Positions 11,295-23,982 of a stretch of 64,000 bases of DNA are shown here, one piece after another. The DNA comes from Escherichia phage CMSTMSU. The position numbers were made by a program, and so were the translations under genes. The notes under the pieces were generated by a model. It ran no database searches, had not been told where the DNA came from, and worked only from the letters and a program-made list of their open reading frames with translations. Each line of letters begins with the position of its first letter. Within the stretch, counting starts at the first letter, position 1. Location: the sequence record MH494197.1; one strand, given 5' to 3'.

Positions 11295-12157
11295 AAGAAG
11301 ACCTTCATACTTGGTAAAAATGGTGCACAAATTGCCACTAATGGTAATGTTGTTCAAATCCAGAACTACACGGGTACACAACTTCTTCCTGTTTCAGCAG
11401 GTGACCCAACCGCAAATACACACTTGGTTACATTGGGTTATTTGAATACACATAGCGGTGGTGGTGGCGGTTCCGGTATTTTACGTGGAACTATTGCACC
11501 ATCTGAATCAATCGGTGTAGATGGTGACGCTTACTTCTTAGTTGACAGTACTAATATTATTCAGATCTATATTAAAGACCTTGGTGTTTGGAAGCCTCTC
11601 CAAAGCACAACTCCGTACTGATAGTTCTTACGTTACTACTGAAATCGTTCCTGTATCGGCATTTACATTAGTTCACGGAACAACAGATCAATATACTTAT
11701 TCTTTACCTGAATCAGTACATGGTCGTGGTCCAGATATTATGGTTCAGCTACAGGGTGATCCCGGTAACATCCCACTTGACACTGTATTCCAAACTAACG
11801 TCACTGTGAGTGGTATTGGTGACATTACGATTGATGTTATTGGTCAAATTACTGAATACACAAGTGTCAAAGTCAACATCATAGGAGCAACAACAATGAC
11901 AGTACCTTATAGTAAATTAATTAATATAGCAGATTGGGTAGCATCTGGTGATGATTACACCATTACTGTTCCAGCGTCAGAACATAACCAAACACCTGAC
12001 AATTTGTATATTTCTATATATTCAAATAAAACACCGCAGTACAGCAGCATCACCATTTGAACTGGTAATAACCGAAACTCAAATTGATGCAAGTGGTAAT
12101 GTTACATTCACTTCTGATGAAGCGTTTAGTGGTAAAATAGTAATTTCCGGTAAATAA
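11292..12157 (+). CDS. fibre protein paralog with poly-Gly linker (frame-broken)
   Basis: N-terminus MKKTFILGKNGAQIA matches the 9148 gene N-terminus; HSGGGGGSG linker; ORFs 11292-11621, 11542-12060, 11948-12157. Confidence 0.45.
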
Positions 12158-12165
12158 AAAATAAT

Positions 12166-12198
12166 CCAGACTGCGTTCCATCGAGTCTGGATTTTTAT
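12166..12198 (+). terminator. intrinsic terminator
   Basis: CCAGACTgcgttccatcgAGTCTGG followed by ATTTTTAT. Confidence 0.6.
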
Positions 12199-12205
12199 AT
12201 TAATA

Positions 12206-12226
12206 ACTAAATATATGTATATTAAC
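12206..12226 (+). promoter_or_regulatory. late-promoter-like motif ACTAAATATATGTATATTAAC
   Basis: Near-identical motif at 17281-17300 upstream of the paralogous fibre gene; 46 nt upstream of ATG 12272. Confidence 0.4.
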
Positions 12227-12271
12227 AAGGTCAAATGTATTTTATGCTTTTGCCTATTTGGAGGGAACTAA

Positions 12272-15200
12272 ATGTACTCGATTAAAACAGATCTAGATAT
12301 AACTGGTGGTGCAACGGTTGGTAAAGATCTTCTTGTGAAAGGCGATGCAGTATTCAATAAAAATCTAACAGTTAATGGAACTGTAACTTTTGCTGACGCT
12401 GTATTCACTGCAATTGAAGCAGGAACTGTAGACATTTCATCTACACTAGATGTTGCTGGTAAAGCATCATTGAATGGTGGAATTGAAGTTCATGGTAATT
12501 CCGTAATTGGTAATTTGCCTGTTGGCTCTGATACTGCAACGATTAATTCTAATGCACAATTCCAAAGCCCAGTATCAATGGCAGGTAACCTAACACAAAC
12601 CGCTGGCACTGCTGTACTAAAAGATACCCAAGTGGCATCAATGGATGTTCTTGGAACTTCTTCATTTAAAGGTAATATTACTGCTGAAACTGGCACTACC
12701 GCAGCATTTGACAAAATAACTGCAACTGATGCAACATTCACAAACACTGCAACTACTGATATCACATCAACTGGAACTGCAAACTTTAAAGATGTGAATA
12801 TTTCCGGTACACTAGGTGGAACATTTAGTCTATCTGATGTTAATGCAACAACTCTAACTGTTTCTGGTTTAACCAGTCTACAAGGTGGTGTTACATTAGG
12901 TTCCAACATTACTGGTGTGAATAGTAGTGCAAACTTCCGTGATATTAAAATTGGTTCCAATGCTGCAAACACTAACTACCGTTTGAGCTTTAACTATTCT
13001 GCTCCAAGTCTTCGCCCAACTGTAATTCTACAGAACGAAATCCAATCAGAATTGATGTCTCCAGCTACCCTAAGTGTATTGAAAACTGCATCTTTTGGTG
13101 ATTCGTCATTATCCACTTTTGGTATTACTGGTAATGGTCTAAACAAACTAGATTACCTAACAGTATCTGGTAACTCTGTTCAAGATCCAGCAACTCCACT
13201 ATTACAAGTAACTTCAGGTAAAACTAAAGTTCATGATTTCGAAGTAACAGGAACTGCAACTATTCCTAACATTGAAAGTACTGGTACTGCTAATTTTAAT
13301 AACATCAACGTATCTGGTACACTCGGCGGTACTTTCAGTCTTGATGATATTGAAGCAAACACTCTAACTGTTTCTGGATTAACTAGCCTTGTTGGTGGTG
13401 TAACTTTAGGTGCTGATATTTCCGGTGCTAATAGTACTGCTAATTTTAAAGCAGTAAGTTTAGGACAAAACGCAGCCGATGCTAACGTTAAGTATGGTTT
13501 TGCTTATTCTGCCCGGTGCTCGTCCAACTGTAATTCTACAAAATGAAATTCAGTCTGAACTAGTATCTCCAGCAGTACTAAATGTACAAAAACTGCTACC
13601 TTTGGTGATGCATCTCTTGCAACCTATGGTATCACAGGTAACGGTCTAAACAAACTAGATTATCTATCTATTACTGGTAATGGTACACAAAGTCCAGCTA
13701 CCCCACAACTACAAGTAGCTGGTAAATCAGTACTAAATGATGTTGAATTCACTGGTACTGTAACTGGTCTAACTGTTGATGTGAGTGGACAAGATCTAAC
13801 TCCTAAATCAGTAGTTGCTGCTGAAGCAATCAAAGGTCAAACCCTTGAATCAGTTGGTCAAACCACCGTAGGAACTAACCTACAAGTTGGTGGAACTGCT
13901 AATGTTGTTGGTGCACTAACTGGTACTGCTGCTACCTTCACTGGTGATGTAAGTGCTGCTAAAGGTACTTTCAGTGGTGATGTTAGCGTTACTGGTCAAA
14001 CTGTAACTGTACGTGATTTAGTAGTAACTGGTACAACTACTGGTGTAACTGCCCAAGCTGATGTTGATGGTCTTGATATCGCCCCAAATAAAGTTGATGT
14101 TACAACAACACTATCTGTTGCTGGGGACACTACTTTAGCTGGCCTAACTGCTAGTTCAGTAACCAGTACTGGTGATGTTACTGGTGCGTCTGTATCTGGT
14201 AATACAGTAACTGCGGCTGGTGCACTATCTGGTGGTTCTCTTGCAGTAACTGGTGCTGGTTCTATGGCTTCACTAACTGTTCCAAGTATTACTGGTGACA
14301 CTACTTTTGCTAATAACGTAACTATTACTGGAACACTAACTCCGAGTAGTATAGATTTAAGCACTACTGATGTAAGTGCTGCTTCTTTAACAACTACTGG
14401 TAACGTAACTGTTGGTGGTTCTCTTGCAGTAACTGGTGCTATTGATTTGTCTGCTGCTGATGTAGTAACAAAATCAGTTAGTGCAACTAACCCAAGTACA
14501 TTTGGTGTAATTAATGCATCTTCTGTTGTCGCAACTGGTGACGTTTCAGGTGGCACTCTAACTACTACTGGTGCAGCGAAAGTAGGAACACTAACTAGTA
14601 CTGGTGTAGTATCTGGTTCGCGTTTGTCTTCTGGTACTGCAACAATCTCAACTTCTGTAACAGTTCCAACTTTACAAGCTGAAGCTGCTGGTGCTGGTAC
14701 ACTAAATCTAGCAAGTAATGTTGTCGCGGCAAAGATCTAACTGTCACTGGTGTATTCAAACCTGAAGGTGGTCTTGACCTAACAACTGTTGATATTACTG
14801 CAAACTCACTAACTACTACTGCTGATGTTAATGTTGGTGGAAACTTAGTAGTTGATGGTACTTTTGACCTAAGTGCTGCTGATGTGTCTGTGAAATCTCT
14901 TGCAAGTGCAGAGACAATTACAAGTGCTGGTGTTATTACCGTTACCGATTCAACCAATACTAGTTCGTTACCTAAAATTACTTCAACTGATGCAACACTC
15001 TTTACAGTAAATGCAGGTACTATTAATGCAACTGGCAACAGTGTACTACAAAGTGTATCAGCTACTCAAGTAACTGCAACTAGTGCTGAATTGACTGGTG
15101 TTGGTCTTGGTCTTCAAGTCGATAATGATGCAAACGTTGGTGGTGCATTATCTGTTGGTGGAATCGCAACTGTTGGTTCTTTAACAACAACTGCTGCTTC

Positions 15201-17201
15201 TCTTAATATTGCAAAAATACTGCAATCACTGGTGATTTAGCTGTATCTGGCACACTAACTGCTGGTTCAATCGACCTAAGCAATACTGATGTAACCGTTA
15301 AATCTCTTGATTCACTAGGTAACGCACACATTGCTGGTGACCTAACTGTAGATGGTGCATTCGACTTAAGTGCAACTAACCTTGTAGCTGCAAGTCTAGC
15401 AAGTACTGGTTCTACTACTGTTGGAACTGATCTAGTACTAACAACTGGTGTTGTGACTGGTAGCCCAGCTATCTCTGGTAATACAACAATCGGTGGAACT
15501 CTTGGTGTAACTGGTGCTGTTAACCTAACTGATATTGTTAATATCGGTAAGAAAGTAACAGTGAGTACTGGTGGTATTCAGGTAGTTGATGGTGGTATCA
15601 ATACTAACACAATTAACGTTTCTGGTGCTTCTACTCTAGCAGGAACTTCCATTACTGGAACTTTAGGTGTAACTGGTGCTTCTACTCTAGCAGGTGTATC
15701 TGCGACATCACTAACAGTTTCTGGTGACAGTACTGTTCAGAAACTAACTGTCCAAGGTGAATTGATCCCACAAGGTGGTCTTGACCTAAGCGGTGCAGAC
15801 ATTACTGCTAATAGTCTAACTACTGCAACAACTATCAATGCAACTGGCCTAAGTACTCTAAGTGGTGGTGTTAGTACTTCTACTGTGACTGCATCTGGTC
15901 TAGCAACTGTTGGAAGTTTAACTTCTACTGCAAACGCATCAGTTGGTGGCAATTTGGGTGTAACTGGAACTCTAGATGTTACTGGTGCTACTACTGTATC
16001 TTCACTAACAGCTACTGGTGCAGTGAAAACTGGCACAACCCTAACTGTTGGTACTCCAGTTGGTGAACAACCTGAAACTGTACAGATCATTCCAGATACT
16101 TATATTGCTGGTAAATTGCGTGTAATCGGCGGTATTAACGCTGAAATCGACGTAAGTGGTCAAACACTAGAACCATATGCAATTGAAGCTGCTGCAACAC
16201 TATCTGCTGTTGGTAACATTACTTCTGGTGCAACCATCGTTTCTAAAGCTGCAACAATTGGTGATGTTGGTTCACAAAACAACAACCTAACTGTTAATGG
16301 TAACGTAGTAACTAATGGTGACTTCACCGTTACTGGTGTACTAAATGCACAATTGAACCAAGCAGATTCCGATGTAGCTGTTAAATCTTTAACTGCAACT
16401 AATAACGTTGCGGCTGGTACTTCAATCACTGCTGGAACATCCATCACTGCATCAGGCTTACTAAAAGGTAATTCGTTAGAAGTCACCACTACTGGTTCAT
16501 TTGGTGGTGCAGTAACTATGTCAAGTGGTGCAAACATCACTGGTACTGTTGGTATCACTGCTGGTGACCTAACAGTAGGTGGTAATATCTCTGCAACTGG
16601 GACTGCTGGATTCGGTGCAACAACCGTTTCTACCATTACAACATCAGGTTTAGCTACACTTGCAAGTGCATCTGTAACTGGTGCTCTAACTGTAGGTGGT
16701 ACATTAACTGCAAATGGTAACACTGTGATTGGTGATGCTGCTGCTGATACTTTAACTGTAAATGCAACATCGACATTTAAAGAGAACGCAACATTTGATA
16801 AGAACCTAACAGTGACTGGTTCTATTAACACCACCACTGCAAACTTCACCACAAACAACATGGTAACTAAGAAATATTCTGTTATCCCTGCTAGTGTTAC
16901 TGCTTCTACTGCTGCTGTAGGTGGTACTTGGACACCAGATGGTACTACTAACGTATATCGCTTAACTCTTGACCAAAGTGTTACAATGGATTCCATCGCG
17001 GGTCTAATTGGTAGTGGTCAAGCATGTTCAGTGTATATCTATGTAACTCCATCTGTTGCTGATACTACTTTCACCTTCGGTGGTGCATACTCTGTAGTTT
17101 CTGGTACAGTAAGTGCTGTAGTTGGTCAAACAAGTATTATCCAAGTAATCTATGATGGTTTCAGTACTGTGTTTGATACCTTCGTTGCACAACGTGTATA
17201 A
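12272..17201 (+). CDS. giant tail fibre protein 1 (about 1640 aa; Thr/Gly/Ser/Val-rich repeats; several frameshifts)
   Basis: Same-strand ORFs 12272-13546, 13781-14740, 14884-15240, 15453-17201 with in-phase unlisted segments between; repeated LTVSG/VTGT motifs; C-terminal tip ...VYIYVTPSVADTTF...VIYDGFSTVFDTFVAQRV; RBS GGAGGGA. Confidence 0.7.
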
Positions 17202-17220
17202 CATTTTAAATTAATAATTA

Positions 17221-17250
17221 AAGCCAACTAAAATAGTTGGCTTTTTCTTT
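17221..17250 (+). terminator. intrinsic terminator
   Basis: AAGCCAACTaaaatAGTTGGCTTTTTCTTT. Confidence 0.55.
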
Positions 17251-17280
17251 GTATTAGATAATAGTGTTTTGTGAATTAAA

Positions 17281-17300
17281 CTAAATATAAGTATATTAAC
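17281..17300 (+). promoter_or_regulatory. late-promoter-like motif CTAAATATAAGTATATTAAC
   Basis: Matches 12206-12226. Confidence 0.4.
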
Positions 17301-17347
17301 AAAAGATGGGTTATGAATATATAGTTCATCGTTATAGGAGGGACTCT

Positions 17348-20300
17348 ATGTACTCGATTAAAACGGATCTTGATGTATCTGGTAATTCCACGGTAGGTAA
17401 GGATCTTTTGGTCAAAGGTAATGCAGTATTCAGTAATGACCTAACGGTTAATGGGGAAGTGTCTTTTGCTAACGCAGTATTCACTGCAATTACCGCTGGT
17501 TCTGTGAATGTCACAGGTGCATTGGATGTTGCTGGTAAGGCAACCTTATCCGGTGGTGCTGATGTTTCAGGTGCTGCGACATTTGCAGGAAACATTACTG
17601 CTGCTGACGGCACAACTGCAAAATTTGATAACTTAGAAGCTAATTCAGGATCATTTAATTCTGTTGAATCAACTGATATTACTTCAACTGGCACAGCAAC
17701 TTTTAAAGATGTAAACATTTCTGGTACACTTGGTGGTACTTTTAATCTTTCTGATATTAATGCTACAACACTTAATGTGTCTGGTGCTTCAGCACTAACT
17801 GGTTCAGTCACATTGGGTGCAAATATCACTGGTCTTGCAAGTACTGCAAACTTCCGTGATATTCGTATCGGGCCTAATGAAGAAGGTCAAGCATATAGAC
17901 TAAACTTTGGTTACACCGTTCGGACAACGACCAACCGTTCTTCTACAGAACGAAGTTCAATCCGAACTAATGTCTCCTGCTAAGTTGAATGTTCTACAAA
18001 CTGCAACATTTGGTGATTCTTCACTTTCAACTTACGGTATTACAGGTAATGGTTTAAACAAATTAGATTATGTAACTATTTCTGGTAACGCAATTCAATC
18101 ACCAACCACTCCTTTACTTGAAGTAACTAAAGGTAAAACTAAAGTTGTTGATTTAGAAGTGACTGGCGTAGCAACTATTCCTAATATCGAAAGTTCTGGT
18201 ACTGCAAACTTTAACAACATCAACGTATCTGGTACTATTGGTGGTAGTTTTGATTTAGATGATATCCAAGCAACAACATTATCAGTATCCGGTGCTTCAG
18301 CACTAACTGGTGCAGTTACATTGGGTGCAAACATCACTGGTCTAGCAAGTACTGCAACATTCAAAGCAATCAATTTGGGTCAAAATACCGCTGATGCTAA
18401 CGTTAAGCTAGGTTTTGCATATACTGCACCTAGTGCACGTCCAACAGTCTTGTTAGCAAACGAAGTTCAATCTGAACTAATGTCTCCTGCTAAGTTGAAC
18501 GTTCTACAAACTGCAACCTTCGGTTCTGCTGCACTATCTACCTATGGTATTACTGGTAATGGTCTAAACAAATTAGATTATCTAACAATTACTGGTAACG
18601 CAACACAAAACCCTGCTACTCCACAACTTCAAGTTGGTGGTAAAGCAATTCTTAATGATGTTGAATTTACAGGTACTGTAACTGGCCTAACTGTTGATGT
18701 GAGTGGACAAGATCTAACTCCTAAATCAGTAGTTGCTGCTGAAGCAATCAAAGGTCAAACTCTTGAATCAGTTGGTCAAACAACTGTAGGTTCATCTCTA
18801 CAAGTTGGTGGTACTGCAACTGTTACTGGTGCATTATCTGCTGCCGCTGGTACTTTCAGTGGTGATGTTAGTGGTTCTAAAGGTATCTTCAGTGATAGCG
18901 TATCCGGTACAAGTGCAACCTTTACTGGGGATGTTAGCGGTGATAACGCAACCTTTAGTGGCGATTTATCTGCTGTAGCTGGCACTTTCAGTGGTGATGT
19001 AACCGTAACTGGTCAAACAATCACTGTTAAAGACTTGGTAGTAACTGGAACTTCAACTGGTGTAACTGCAATCGCTGACGTTGACGGTCTTGATATTGCT
19101 CCAAACAAAGTTGATGTTACAACAACTCTATCTGTTGCTGGTGAATCAACTCTTGCTGGTGTTACAGCAACTTCAATCAATAGTACTGGTGCAATTGCAG
19201 GTACTGCAATTTCTGGCTCTACTATTACAGCAACTGGTGAAATTTCTGGTGCATCATCTGTAGTAACTGGTCTTTCTAAATCTGGTAGCGTTGAAACTGG
19301 TGCTCTAAAGGCATCTTCTGTTGAAACTGCAATCATTAGCAACACTGCTGGTGTGTCAATAACAAACAACACTTCAATTGCAGGTAATCTATCTGTAACT
19401 GGAACTGTTACCCCGTGCAATTGACCTAAGTACTACTGATATTGATGCTAAGTCTCTAACAACTACTGAAGGTGCTAACATTGGTGGTGACCTAGTTGTT
19501 GCAGGTACAGTTGATCTAAGTGCTGCTGACGTTGCTGTTAAATCTCTAACCAGTACTGGTGCAGTTATTAGTTCTGAAGGTACAGTAAGTAGTGTTCTAC
19601 CTAAACTTTCCAGTACTGAAGCTAATATTACCACAGTAACTGCAACCACTGCAAATGCTACCACACTAAATGTAACTGGTACATCAACTCTAGCTGGTGT
19701 TAACGCTTCTGGTGCTATTACTTCTGCAACTAACATTACCGCTACTGGTGTATTAAAGGTGCATCTGTTGAAACTGCGTCAATCAGCAATGCTGATGGTG
19801 TAGCAATTAACAATAACACTACAATCACTGGTAATTTGGACGTATCTGGGACATTGACCCGTGCAATTGACCTAAGTACTACTGATATTAGTTCTAAGTC
19901 TCTAACCACAACTGAAGGTGCTACAATTGGTGGCGATCTTGTGGTAGCAGGTACTGTTGATCTAAGTGCTGCTGATGTGTCGGTGAAATCTCTTGCAAGT
20001 GCAGAGACAATTACAAGTGCTGGTGTTATTACAGTTTCGGATACAGTGAATTCTAGCACTCTACCAAAACTAATTACTACTGATGCAACTATTGGTGCTG
20101 TCCATGCAGCTACTATTGAAACAACTGGTTCAAGTACACTAAAACAAGTATCTGCTACTGAAGTAACAGCTACAAGTATTGTACTAAATTCAGTTGGTGA
20201 AGGTTTACGTGTTGACAATAATGCAAACATTAATGGTATATTAAGTGTTAATAATATTACTTCTACCAATGATACTATTGCAATTGCGAAAAGTGCTGCT

Positions 20301-23050
20301 ATTACTGGTGATCTGACCGTATCTGGAACTGTTACCCCGGTGCAATTGACCTAAGTACTACCGATATTAGTTCTAAATCCTAAGTACTACTGAAGGTGCT
20401 ACAATTGGTGGTGACCTAGTTGTTAATGGTTCAATTGATTTAAGTTCTTCCAATGTTTCAGCAATTACCCTTGCTAGTTCTGGTAATACTACCGTTGGTG
20501 GTAACCTAGTACTAACAACTGGTGTTGTGACTGGCAGCCCATCTGTATCTGGTAACCTTTCAGTTGCAGGTACTGCGGCAGTAACTGGTGCAACTACCTA
20601 ACTGATATCGTAAATATCGGTAAGAAAGTAACTGTAAGCACTGGTGGTATTCAAGTAGTTGCAGGTGGTATTAATACCGACGCTATATTAGTATCCGGTG
20701 ATACAACTTTAAACAACACTACTGTAAACACTACCTTAAATGTAACTGGTCAAAGTACAGTTGCTGCACTAAGTGCTGCATCTTTGAATGTATCTGGTGA
20801 TAGTACTGTTCAAAACTAACAGTTGAAGGTGAATTGGTTCCACAAGGTGGTATCGACCTAACTGGTGCAGATATTTCTGCTAATAGTCTTGCAACTGCTT
20901 CAACAATCACTGCAACTGGACTAAGCACACTAAGTGGTGGTGTAAGTACTACTAATGTTACTGCATCTGGTACAGTGAATGCTGGTAGTTTGGATGTTAC
21001 TAACAACGCAACCGTTGGTGGTAATTTGGGTGTAACTGGTTCATTAACTTCTGGACCATTGAGTGTAACAGGCATTGCGAATATTACTGGTGTAACAACT
21101 GTTGGTTCATTGGTTTCCGGTGCTGTATCTGGTAGTACTGGTACATTTAGTTCAACATTAGGTGTAACTGGTGCAGCTACATTTGACAATGACGTAACTG
21201 TTGAAGGTGTATTCACCCCAGCAGGTGGTTTAGACCTAACAACTTCTGATATTACAGCTAAGAGTTTGTCAGTATCTGAAACTATTCACTCTGATGGTGC
21301 AGCTTCCTTTGGTGGTAACACAACAGTAGGTGGTACATTGGGTGTAACTGGTGCAGTAACTGCTCCATCGGCAACCCTAAGCGGTACTGGTACTGCACTA
21401 GCAGTAACTAATAATGCAACTATTGGTGGTACATTGGGTGTAACTGGTCAAGCAACACTTGGTTCTATAGTAACTTCTGGTGTATCTGCAACAAGTGGCT
21501 CTTTCAGTACTACTCTTGGCGTTACTGGTGCTGCGACATTTGGAAACGATGTAACTGTAGTTGGAACACTAACTCCGGTAGCTTAGATCTAACTGGTGCA
21601 GATATCTCTGCTAAAACACTAACTCTATCTGAAACATTAAATGCGACAGGTAATACTACCCTTGGTGGAACATTAGGTGTAACTGGTTTAGCAACAATTG
21701 GTGGAACACTAACGTCTGGTGCAGTAACTGCTCCATCTGCAACCTTGAATGGTTCAGGAACTGGTCTAGCAGTAACTAACAACGCAACCGTTGGTGGTAC
21801 ATTAGGTGTAGTTGGTCAAACAACACTAGGTTCTGTTAAAACTGGTGCAACTCTAACAGTTGGTACACCATTAGGTGAGCAGCCTGAAACTGTACAGATT
21901 ATGCCAGACACTTATATTGCTGGTAAACTACGTGTTGAGGGTGGTATTAACGCAGATATCGATGTTGGTGGACAAACACTAGAACCGTTTGCAGTAATAG
22001 CATCTGATTCTTTATCTTCTGCTGGTAATATTACTGCTGGTGCGGCAATTATTTCAAGTTCTGCAACAATTGGTGAAGTCGGTTCACAAAACAACAACCT
22101 AATCGTTAATGGTAACGTTGTAAACAACGGTAACTTCACTGTTACTGGTGTACTAAATGCACAATTGAACCAAGCAGATTCCGATGTAGCTGTTAAGTCT
22201 TTGACTGCAACTAACAACGTAGCTGCTGGAACCACATTAAGTGCAGGTACTGCAATTACTGCTGGTACTTCCATCACTGCAACTGGATTACTTAAAGGTA
22301 ATACTTTATTACTACTACTGGTTCATTTGGTGGTGCAGTAACTATGTCAAGTGGTGCAAACATCACTGGTACAGTGGGTATTACTGCTGGTAACCTAACA
22401 GTGGGTGGTGATATCTCTGCAACTGGCACTGCTGGATTCGGTGCAACAACCGTTTCTACAATTACAACATCAGGTTTGGCTACACTTGCAAGTACATCCG
22501 TTACTGGTAACGCAACAGTAGGTGGAACACTAGCAGTAACAGGAGCACTAACTGCGAATGGTAACGTAACATTAGGTGACGCAGCGGCTGACGTTCTAAC
22601 CGTTAATGCAACTTCATCATTTAAAGAAAATGCTGTGTTTGATAAGGCAGTAACAGTAACTGGTGAACTAACCACTACTAATGCTAACTTAACTACTACA
22701 ACAGTAACTACCAAAAGTATGATGTAATCCCAACTCAAGTTACATCATCAGTAATTGCTCCAACCGGAACATGGACTCCAGATGGTACAAGTAACGTGTA
22801 CTTCATCACTCTAGACCAAGATACCACGTTGGCTCCAATTACTGGCCTAATTGGTGGCGGTAAAGCTGCATCAGTATACATCTATGTTAAACAAGATACA
22901 ACTGGTAACAGAAACTTTACAACTGATGGTACTTATGCTGTTGTTGATGGTGAACTAAACAAAACTGCTGGTAGCGTGACCATTTACCAAGTAATTTATG
23001 ATGGTGTAAGTCCAGTTACTGATTTGTTCATTGCACAACGTACTGCTTAA
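17348..23050 (+). CDS. giant tail fibre protein 2 (paralog of fibre 1; about 1900 aa; several frameshifts)
   Basis: N-terminus MYSIKTDLDVSGNSTVGKDLLVKG matches fibre 1 MYSIKTDLDITGGATVGKDLLVKG; long near-identical nucleotide blocks shared with fibre 1; divergent but homologous C-terminal tip ending VIYDGVSPVTDLFIAQRTA. Confidence 0.7.
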
Positions 23051-23114
23051 TAATTATAATAAAAAACGGTGTCATCAATTATGGTGACACCATCTTAACA
23101 AGTGAGGTAGTTAT

Positions 23115-23891
23115 ATGTTTACATATGTAAAAGGTAGTTCTAAAGAAAATTATGAATTGGGTAACATCATCTCCAACCCAGTTGGTGTTAAGGGTTTAAA
23201 AGAACGCCGGGCAACTCCAGATGATGAACAAACATATCGTTATTTGTACAGTGATATTCGTGCACTTTATGGTATTTCAAGTAAAGATGGTTCTGAAATT
23301 GAACCTAATAACGCTGTTCGCAAAGAAGAGGGTTTCTGGTGGTTGGAATATAAGAATGTTGGTAATGTGAACGCAATTAATGAGAATTTGGAATATATTA
23401 AACTACAAGATAGTAATCAACCAGTCATCACATTCTTAGAAGAAGCAGAAGGTGAATATAAAGAGTTAACAGTACTGAAAACTTATAATTATGTTGATAT
23501 GGACATTGCAGCAGTTAAATCTGATCTGAAAGCACGCACAGTATCATCTCGTAGTGATCGTATTAATGCTGGTTATATGTTTAACGGTCATCGTTATAGT
23601 ACTGATCTAGCTGGTCGTCAAATGCTTCTTAATTATTATACACAAGTAACTTCCGGTTCAGATAGCGTTTCGATTTTCCTTGATGACGCAATTGTAAAAC
23701 TATCTGCTGCTGAAATGACTCAACTATACACTGAAGCATTTGCTATGGTTGAATCCCTATTTGCAGAGTGTAATAAGCAATGTGCTGACATTGATGCAGT
23801 TCCTGATGCTGATGAAGATGCAATTTATAAAGCACAACAGGCGGCTGTATGGGTATATGAAGGTATTGATATTCCTGAGCGTACTCGTTAA
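23115..23891 (+). CDS. hypothetical protein, 258 aa, immediately downstream of fibre 2 (possible fibre assembly/accessory protein)
   Basis: Intact ORF with RBS GAGG; position only; no motif recognised. Confidence 0.5.
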   Translation: MFTYVKGSSKENYELGNIISNPVGVKGLKERRATPDDEQTYRYLYSDIRALYGISSKDGSEIEPNNAVRKEEGFWWLEYKNVGNVNAINENLEYIKLQDSNQPVITFLEEAEGEYKELTVLKTYNYVDMDIAAVKSDLKARTVSSRSDRINAGYMFNGHRYSTDLAGRQMLLNYYTQVTSGSDSVSIFLDDAIVKLSAAEMTQLYTEAFAMVESLFAECNKQCADIDAVPDADEDAIYKAQQAAVWVYEGIDIPERTR

Positions 23892-23902
23892 TTTATATTT
23901 TT

Positions 23903-23936
23903 TTAAAGGTCAACTATGGTTGGCCTTTTCTTTTAT
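23903..23936 (+). terminator. probable intrinsic terminator
   Basis: AAAGGTCAACtatgGTTGGCCTTTTCTTTT (one G-U pair). Confidence 0.4.
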
Positions 23937-23982
23937 CTAAAATAAATACTTAATATATAATCTATTCTGAGGAAATATTTAA

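Noticed and set aside
12490-22738. Long minus-strand ORFs inside the fibre genes (for example 12490-12972, 13996-14556, 16160-16996, 22292-22738)
   Set aside because: They are antisense to a plus-strand gene with a clear start, RBS and paralog conservation; the Thr/Gly/Val codon repeats are stop-poor on the opposite strand, giving Pro/Val/Ala-rich artefacts.
12272-23050. Highly repetitive sequence that could be mistaken for a CRISPR array or satellite
   Set aside because: The repeats are in-frame coding repeats of fibre proteins with variable length and spacing, with no short identical repeat-spacer periodicity.
23069-23093. Hairpin GGTGTCAtcaattatgGTGACACC after fibre 2 as an intrinsic terminator
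   Set aside because: On the plus strand it is not followed by a T-run, and the next gene (23115) starts 20 nt later with an RBS, so read-through is more consistent; a different structural or protein-binding role remains possible.
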